Below are positions 49,684 to 64,000 of a stretch of DNA of 64,000 nt, piece after piece. Location of the stretch: assembly GCF_009914755.1 (NCBI RefSeq), contig NC_060937.1. One strand, 5' to 3'. The position numbers and the translations under genes are program-made. Every line of letters starts with the position of its first letter. Position 1 is the stretch's first letter. The notes below the pieces were generated by a model that was not told where the DNA came from, searched no databases, and saw only the letters and a program-made list of their open reading frames with translations. Origin of the DNA: the human T2T-CHM13v2.0 reference genome, Homo sapiens.

Positions 49684-49756
49684 ACATTTTGACTACTTGT
49701 CTGAACTAGATATCCCTTGAATGTGCACACAAAAAGTGAATGGGTCATTTGATAAG
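49684..49756 (+). other. CYSLTR2: Candidate internal 5'UTR exon (73 nt)
   Basis: Acceptor ttttttccccttttttt CAG|ACA (AG 49682-49683) and donor AAG|GTAACG (GT 49757). Confidence 0.65.
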
Positions 49757-51310
49757 GTAACGATTAATTTCTGAAGACAGGGGAAAAGAGAGAAAGAGAG
49801 GAGGGGGAATAGAGGGAAAAAAAGAAAGAAAAGGGAGCCCGCTGCAGGTGAATAATAAATCAACACCAAAAAAAAAAGGCTAATGATGTTCCCTCTGAAA
49901 AGAGAGGGAGGAAGGTTTATATGTAAAAGAATAGATTTTGGAATATAAAAAGAGTGACATTAAAATTGGTTTAAGCCCCTGGCGATTTTATCAATTAACT
50001 AGCACTTACTAATTCCTAAAGTATGGAAATAAAAGGAGGGGCTATCACCAACTTTAAACAAAAGAATCACTGTTAGACAAACAGAACAATCTCCTCTTGA
50101 AGGTTTCTTCACTTTTATAAAGTGCCTCTAAAGTAAACCATCGTGTTTATATTAAAAGTTCCTCAAGGTGGCCATTGCAATTCCAGATTGTCCTTGGTGA
50201 AAGTGTGCCCACTGTAGAGATAAACATGCACGTTTGTGTTACATTGCAGAAATCTCAAAGAAACAGGTATCTGGCCTGGAAGAAGTGCAGTTTTAGGTTG
50301 AGTGGAGCCCATCAGAGATGCAATGGTCTGTAAGGGTGGCACTTGTCTGACCTTGATTCTCCGATCTTGAGTCTCCAGAATTTGGGCAAAGGTCAATTGT
50401 CTACAATGAGGGCTGAGAAACGAAAAAAACAGTAGTTCTCAAGCTCACAAAGATAAGACAGAGGAAGTCCTTACAAGTATTGAAATGGTGACCTGACGCA
50501 AAGTTTATCCAAAGGCCAAAGTTTGTCTAAAGCATGTCAGTCCTGAATTCTCAGTCCCTGGAGCCAGAGGACAGACTTATGGGGACTTGGCTTGTCCTTT
50601 CCTTATGGACTTTTCCTTGTATAGACAAACAACACTTAGGACAATAGACAGATCATAGAACAGATGTTAGAGGCTAGAAAACAATATTTCCAACTGACTA
50701 GATTTGCAATAAGTTTTACAGACTAGAAAGACTCCAAGGATCTATTCCTAGGAAAACAAAATAAACACATTGCTGACAGTTCTCAACAAAATATCAGAGC
50801 CTAGCCATGAACAGGGTCCCACATGTATGCATCATTACTGAGTCAAGGGTACTTGCTTAAGGCAGCAAGGACTTTTGAAGAATCTTGTGAAACTCCATTT
50901 TTGTCAATCCTTCAGAGCCCAAGACACCAGAAACCCTCCTGTAATGGAACAAGTTGGCTTTATTACTAATTGCAACAAGGCTTTTGAAAGCCTTCTGTCA
51001 TCTTCCTGGGGATCACCTCTTCAGGTGTACAGAGACAGCATAGGTAGGTTGTGGGGGAATGGAGAGGAAGGGGAGCTTCCCTAAGTGAAAACCTAAGTGT
51101 TTTCCTAAACACAAGCACCACTGAGCAGTTTGTAGATGGAATTTTGCAATCAAAATTGCAGGGTATTCTGTTCAAGCCACACCTTTTTTTCCCCTCCATT
51201 TGGAGATAATTAAAAATTCCCATGCACATGTAAAAAAAAAATAGAAAAATCTCTTGTACCCCTTCCCGCAATGGTAACATCTTGCAAGACCATGGTATAT
51301 CAGAACCTGG

Positions 51311-51313
<3 letters not shown>

Positions 51314-51351
<38 letters not shown>

Positions 51352-51647
51352 TCAGAGTCTCACTCCATCACCCAGGCTGGAGTGCAACTGTGTGATCACA
51401 GTTCACTTCAGCCTTGATCTCCTGGGTTCAAATGATCCTCTCATCTCAGCCTCCTGAGGAGCTGGGACTACAGGCATGCGCCACCACGCCCAGCTAATCT
51501 TTTTCATTTTCTTTTTTTTTCCTTTTCTTTTTTTCCTTCTTTCCTTCTTCTCTTTCTTCTTTCTTTCTCTCTCTTTTTCTTTTCTTTCTCTTTTTTCTCT
51601 TTCTTTCCCTTTCTTTTTCCTTTCTCTTTATTCTTTCTTTCTTTCTT

Positions 51648-51683
<36 letters not shown>

Positions 51684-51738
51684 ATAGAGATAGGGTCTCA
51701 GGTCTCACTATGTTGCCTAGGCTCATCTCAAACTCCTG
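51314..51738 (-). mobile_element. AluJ with T37 tail and ~185-bp CT-rich expansion of the middle linker
   Basis: Poly-T 51314-51350, pyrimidine tract ~51499-51682. Confidence 0.88.
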
Positions 51739-52784
51739 CACAGCCCAAATATTGACATTAATACAGTTATGATGTAGAACATTTTTGTCACCATAAGGAT
51801 GCCTCAAACTCCACTCTTTAGCTACCTCTACTTCCCTCCAACCCCCACCACATTCTTAATCCCCGGCAATTACAAATCTGTGTTCTCCATTTCTATAATT
51901 TTGTCATTCAAGGATGTTATATAAATGGGATCACTCTGTATGATTAGTTTTTATTTTCACATAGCATAGCTCCCTAGAGATTTATTCAAGTTACCAAATG
52001 TATTAATGGTTCACTCCTTTCATTGCTGAGCAGAATTCCATGGTATGCATGTACCACTGTTTAACTATTGAAGGCTATCTGAGTTATTTCCAGTTTGGGG
52101 CTATTACAAATAAAACTGCAGTAATCACTGACTTATAGGTTTTTATGTAACCATATGTTTTCATTTCCCTGGGATAAATGCCCAGGAGTATAATTACTGG
52201 AATGCATGGTAGTTGCATGTATAGTTTTTTAGGAAACAGCCAAATTGTTTTCCAGAATGACCGTATCATTTTACACTCTCACCAGCAATGTCTGAGTGAT
52301 CCAGTTTCTCTGTATTTGATGTAGTCGCTATGTTTTATTTAGCCATTCTAATAAGTATGTAGTAATACCTCACTGTGGTTTTAATTTGCATTTCCCTAAT
52401 GACCAACAATGTTGAACAATTTTTTATGTGCTTATATGCTATCTGTATATCCCCTGAAATGTTTGTTTCTATCTTTTGCACATTTTCTAATTGGAGTTTT
52501 TCATTTGTTTGCTTGTTTTACTGTTGATATTCAAGAGTTCTTTATATATTCTAAATAACCCTGTTTTGATAAGTGATTTGCAAATATTCTCTCCCAGTCT
52601 GTAGCTTGTATTTTCATCCTCTTAGCAGAGTATTTTGTGGAGCAAAAATTTATCATCTTGACAAGCTCCAATTTATCAATTTTTTCTTTTATGGATCATG
52701 TTTTTGGTGTCAATTCTAAGAACTCTTTGTCAGTCCTAGATCCCAAAAATTTTTTTCCTAAAAATTTTATAATTTTACATTCTA

Positions 52785-58683
<5,899 letters not shown>

Positions 58684-60502
58684 AACTTTGCATTCTACAT
58701 GAAGTCCATGCTGCATTTTAGTTAATTTTTGTATAAGGTGTGAGATTTAGTTCAAGGTTTGTTTTTTTGCCTATGGCTATCCAATTGCTCCAGTGCCTCT
58801 GAAAAGCCTATCTTTCCTCCACTGTATTGTTTTTGCACTTCTGTAAACAATTAAGTTGGGCATAGTTATGTGGGTCTGTTTCTGGGTTTCTATTCTTTTC
58901 TGTTGATCTATCTGTTTGTCCTTCAGCCAATACCATACATTCTTAATTACTTTAACTATAAAATAAGTCTTGAAATTAGATGGACTGATTCTTCCCACTT
59001 CAATCTTCTTTTTCAAAGTGTTTTTGCTGTTCTAGTTCCTCTGCCTTGTCATTTAAGATTTAGAATAATCCTATCTATATCTACAAAAAAACTTACAAGG
59101 ATTTTACTGGGAATTTCATAATTTTGTATATAAATCTGGGGAGAATTGACATCTTTATTCCATTGTCTTCTAATCTATGACATGGCATGTTTCTCCATTT
59201 CTTTAAAACTTTGATTTCTTTCACCAATAATTTGTAGTTTTCAGCATGCAAGTCCTGTACATGTCTTGTGAGATTTACACCTGTCTTTCATTTTAATTTT
59301 TATTGAATATAAATAGTATTGCATTTTAACTCCAGTGTGCTCATATGTGTATTACTAGTTTATAAAATATAATATATTTTCTGTTTATTTTGTATTCTGC
59401 CACTTTGTTAAATTCACTTATTAGCTCTATGAGATTTTTGTTTTCTTTGTGTGTGTGCACGTATGTGTATGTTTGTAGGTCTCTTGGGGTTTTCTATGTA
59501 ACTATGTCATCTACAGATAGGAAGCATTTTATCTCTTCCTTTCTAATCTATATGATATTTATTTCCTTTTTGTGTTTTTGCCTCATTTCACTGGTTAGAA
59601 CTTATAGCACTATGTTGAATAAGACAGTGAGAATGGGCATCCTTGCATTGCTCCTGATCTTATGGGGGAGACACTCAGTCTTTTACTATGAAGTATAATG
59701 TTATCTGTAGGTTTTTTGTATATGCTCTTTATCAAGTTGAGGAAGTTCCTCTTTACTGCTATATTTCTGAGAGTTTTGATTGTGAATGGATATTGAATTT
59801 TGTCATGCACTTTTAAAAATATTAATTGATATGATTACTTGGTCATGGTATAATTCTTTTCATATATTGCTAAATTTTATTTGATGGTATTTTGCTAAGA
59901 GTATTTTGCACCTACATTCACAGGGGATATTCATCCATAGTCTTTTGTTTTGTTCTGTATTAACTTTGCCTCGTTTTGGTATCAGGGTAATACTTAGCTT
60001 CAATAAAATAAATTGGGAAATACCTTTCTCTTCTATTTTCTGGAAGACACTGTATGGAATTGGTGTTAATTCTTATTTAAATAGTTGGCAGAATTCTCCA
60101 GTGAAGCCATCTGGATCTGGAGGTTTCTTTTTTGAGAGTTTTTCAATTGAGAATTTAATTTCCTTAATAGTTATGGGGATATTCAAATTATCTATTTAAT
60201 GTTCGGTGAGTTATTTTTCATTTTATGAGGAATTAGTCTAGTTCCTCTAAGTTGTGAAACTTATGTTTGTAGGGTTATTCAAAGCATTTTCTCATTATCC
60301 TTTTGATGCCTCAGGTATCTATCGATAGTGTTATCTCCTGTTTTATTCCTGACAATGGAAATTTATGTCTGTTCTACTTTTTTTTCGTACCTCTTGCTAG
60401 AGATTTGTCAATTGTATCAGGAGATGTAACATTTTATTTAATATATGCAAATTTTAATTCATTATTGACTTTGTCTATTCTGCTACTATAAGAAAGTTAC
60501 CT

Positions 60503-60663
60503 GGCCAGGCATGGTGGCCCACGCCTATAATCTCACGGTTTGAAGGCCAAGGTGGGAGGATCACTTGAGCTCAGGAGTTCAAGACCAGCCTGTGCAACAT
60601 GGAGATACAGCATCTCTACAAAAAAGAAAAAATAGCTGGGCATGGTGGCATGCACCTGCAATC
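60503..60663 (+). mobile_element. 3'-truncated AluJ fragment carried with ~85 bp of foreign 5' flank
   Basis: ggccaggcatggtggccc...gcacctgcaatc, no tail. Confidence 0.8.
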
Positions 60664-62227
60664 GATTGTATTGACTTTTTTCAAATAACCAGTTTTTCAT
60701 TTCATTTTTTTCTCTATTTTTTTCTGTTTTCAATTTCTTGATTTCTGCTCTTTACTATCTCCTTCCTTTTGCTTGCTTTTTTTTTTTCTTGAGGATGGAG
60801 CTTATATTCTTATTTCGTGACTTTTCCTTTTTGTAATGTATGAATTTAGTGTTATACAGTTTTGTCCTAATACTGCATTTGCTACATCTCACAAATTTAT
60901 ATTTTCACTTTTATTCAGTTTAATATATTTTTTGTTTCCCTTGAGATTTCCTTTTTGACCCATGGATTATTCAGAAGTGTGTTGTTTAGTTTTCAAGTGT
61001 TTTGAGGGTTTCCTGTTATCTTGCTGCTGTTGATTTCTAGTTTGATTCCCTTGTAGTTAGAGAACACATTCTATATTATTTCAATTATTTGAAATCTATC
61101 GAGGTTTGTTTTATGTCCCAGGATGTGGTTTATCTTGGTATAAGTTTTGTGAACACATAAAAGCATAAGTATTCTGCTTTTGTTGGGTGAAGTGTTTTAT
61201 ACATGTCAATTTGATCCTGTTGGTTGATGGTGTTTTTAGTTTTTCTATACCTTTGCTGAGTTTTTGTCTATTTGCTTCATCAATTGCTGAGAGAGGTCCT
61301 TGAAGTCACTAAATATCTCTCCTTTCAGTTTTATCAGTTTTGCTTCAGTTTTGCAACTCTGTTGTTTGGCGCATACCCATTTAGAATTGGTACGTCTTCT
61401 TAGTGGTTAAACCCTGTTATTTTTATATAGTGTCCCTCACTGTCTCTGGCAATGTCATTTGCTTTGAAGTCCATTTTAGTTAATACTGAAAGAGCCATTC
61501 CTTATTTCCTTTGATTTGAATAACATGCATTTTTCCATCCTTTTACTTTCAACCAGCCAATACTGCTATTTGAAGTGTTTGTTATAGGCGGTACATAATT
61601 CGGTCATTTAAAAAATATATTCCATTCCTCTATCTTTTAATTGGTATATTTAGACTACTTATATTTAATGTAATTATTGATGAATGAGGGATGTCTGCCA
61701 TTTTATTTTTTTTCTGTTTTTATTATCTGTTTTCTTTTTCCTGCCTTGTTGTTGGTTATCTGAACACTTTTTAGAATTCCATTTTTATTTATCTGTAATG
61801 TTTTTGAGTGTATCCCTTTGTATATCATTTTAGTGGAAGCTCTAGGTATTTCTCTCTATATATATAATATATATGTATATAAAGATATACATATATATAT
61901 ATCTTATGATAGTCTATTAGCATCATCATTCTACCAGTTCAAGTGAAGTATAGAAAACTTCTTATTTCCTCTTATGTCTCTTTGCCTTCCCTCATTTATA
62001 ATATAACTATCTCAATAATTCCTCTACATCCATTTAAAACCACATCAGGCAGCATTAATGTTTTTGTTTCAAAACATTAAATGTAACTTAGACTCTAAAA
62101 GGGAAGGACAGCCTATTGTATTTACACATATTTTGGCTTACCATGTTCTTTCTTATTTTCTAATATTCTAAGTTTCCTTCTTTTATAAATTCCTTTCTGT
62201 TTAGAGAACTTCCTTTAGTCATTCTTT

Positions 62228-62555
<328 letters not shown>

Positions 62556-62799
62556 TAGTCATTCTTTTAAGATAGGTCTGCTGGCAGCAAAGTCTTAGTT
62601 TTCCGTCTGAAAAAGTCTTGATTTTTCTCTTTGTACTTGAAGGATATTTTTGCTGGACATAGAATACTAGTTTGGCAGGTCTTTTCTTTCAGCATTTGAG
62701 AAATGTGCCATTTCTTTCTGTCCTCCATAGTTTCTGATGAGAAATCTGCTATTCAGTAGTTTTAGGCTGCAATATCATAGTAAGGTATTCATGTCAACA

Positions 62800-62813
62800 G
62801 GGTCAGTAGGTCA
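62800..62813 (+). promoter_or_regulatory. DR2 nuclear-receptor element (GGGTCA-gt-AGGTCA)
   Basis: Two RGGTCA half-sites spaced by 2 nt, ~265 bp upstream of the ATG. Confidence 0.45.
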
Positions 62814-63077
62814 CAAGTTCTCTAAGTTTGAAGCGTCAGCTTCAACCAAACAAATTAATGGCTATTCTACATTCAAAAATCAGGAAATTTAAATTTATTA
62901 TGAAATGTAATGCAGCATGTAGTAAAGACTTAACCAGTGTTTTAAAACTCAACTTTCAAAGAAAAGATAGTATTGCTCCCTGTTTCATTAAAACCTAGAG
63001 AGATGTAATCAGTAAGCAAGAAGGAAAAAGGGAAATTCACAAAGTAACTTTTTGTGTCTGTTTCTTTTTAACCCAGC

Positions 63078-64000
63078 ATGGAGAGAAAATTTATGTCCTT
63101 GCAACCATCCATCTCCGTATCAGAAATGGAACCAAATGGCACCTTCAGCAATAACAACAGCAGGAACTGCACAATTGAAAACTTCAAGAGAGAATTTTTC
63201 CCAATTGTATATCTGATAATATTTTTCTGGGGAGTCTTGGGAAATGGGTTGTCCATATATGTTTTCCTGCAGCCTTATAAGAAGTCCACATCTGTGAACG
63301 TTTTCATGCTAAATCTGGCCATTTCAGATCTCCTGTTCATAAGCACGCTTCCCTTCAGGGCTGACTATTATCTTAGAGGCTCCAATTGGATATTTGGAGA
63401 CCTGGCCTGCAGGATTATGTCTTATTCCTTGTATGTCAACATGTACAGCAGTATTTATTTCCTGACCGTGCTGAGTGTTGTGCGTTTCCTGGCAATGGTT
63501 CACCCCTTTCGGCTTCTGCATGTCACCAGCATCAGGAGTGCCTGGATCCTCTGTGGGATCATATGGATCCTTATCATGGCTTCCTCAATAATGCTCCTGG
63601 ACAGTGGCTCTGAGCAGAACGGCAGTGTCACATCATGCTTAGAGCTGAATCTCTATAAAATTGCTAAGCTGCAGACCATGAACTATATTGCCTTGGTGGT
63701 GGGCTGCCTGCTGCCATTTTTCACACTCAGCATCTGTTATCTGCTGATCATTCGGGTTCTGTTAAAAGTGGAGGTCCCAGAATCGGGGCTGCGGGTTTCT
63801 CACAGGAAGGCACTGACCACCATCATCATCACCTTGATCATCTTCTTCTTGTGTTTCCTGCCCTATCACACACTGAGGACCGTCCACTTGACGACATGGA
63901 AAGTGGGTTTATGCAAAGACAGACTGCATAAAGCTTTGGTTATCACACTGGCCTTGGCAGCAGCCAATGCCTGCTTCAATCCTCTGCTCTATTACTTTGC
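63078..64000 (+). CDS. CYSLTR2: Cysteinyl leukotriene receptor 2 (class A GPCR), single coding exon, 3'-truncated by the window end (~307 codons visible)
   Basis: Manual translation from ATG 63078: [64 protein letters not shown]...NLAISDLL...[11 protein letters not shown]...CFLPYH...[11 protein letters not shown]. Seven hydrophobic segments, TM1 GN, TM2 LAxxD, TM6 CFLP, TM7 NPxxY. Recognised as human CysLT2R. Preceded by a polypyrimidine tract and CAG acceptor (63075-63076). Confidence 0.97.
   Translation, partial: MERKFMSLQPSISVSEMEPNGTFSNNNSRNCTIENFKREFFPIVYLIIFFWGVLGNGLSIYVFLQPYKKSTSVNVFMLNLAISDLLFISTLPFRADYYLRGSNWIFGDLACRIMSYSLYVNMYSSIYFLTVLSVVRFLAMVHPFRLLHVTSIRSAWILCGIIWILIMASSIMLLDSGSEQNGSVTSCLELNLYKIAKLQTMNYIALVVGCLLPFFTLSICYLLIIRVLLKVEVPESGLRVSHRKALTTIIITLIIFFLCFLPYHTLRTVHLTTWKVGLCKDRLHKALVITLALAAANACFNPLLYYF

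Noticed and set aside
51476-51772. Phe/Ser-rich and Arg/Lys/Glu-rich ORFs
   Set aside because: Translation of a CT microsatellite within an Alu.
63068-63613. ORF-track ORFs overlapping the window end
   Set aside because: Alternative-frame or antisense shadows of the real CYSLTR2 CDS.

Overview
Human/primate genomic DNA covering most of the CYSLTR2 (cysteinyl leukotriene receptor 2) transcription unit on the + strand. The single coding exon starts at 63077 (ATG 63078) and runs off the window end, which is why the ORF track misses it. Candidate non-coding 5' exons lie at ~10000-10292, 47458-47524, 49684-49756 and 52786-52886. Most of the rest is transposon-derived: two near-full-length L1PA copies, a 6-kb old L1M, further truncated L1s, about a dozen Alus, MaLR/ERV LTRs, MIR/L2 and microsatellites. 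I see no unknown protein-coding gene or prokaryote-style system. The notable signals are structural. A 141-bp inverted templated copy is pasted inside an Alu. An L1 insertion appears to have created a splice acceptor and a uORF-bearing 5'UTR exon. One L1 has two 3' ends inside one TSD pair, and two L1 copies 20 kb apart share unusual substitutions. There are also a 55-bp-arm fold-back hairpin, twin hairpins next to a splice acceptor, two tail-less Alu insertions, and IRF/GAS/STAT6 and DR2 motifs near putative promoters. Repeat subfamily names and consensus comparisons are from memory and need RepeatMasker/Dfam confirmation.
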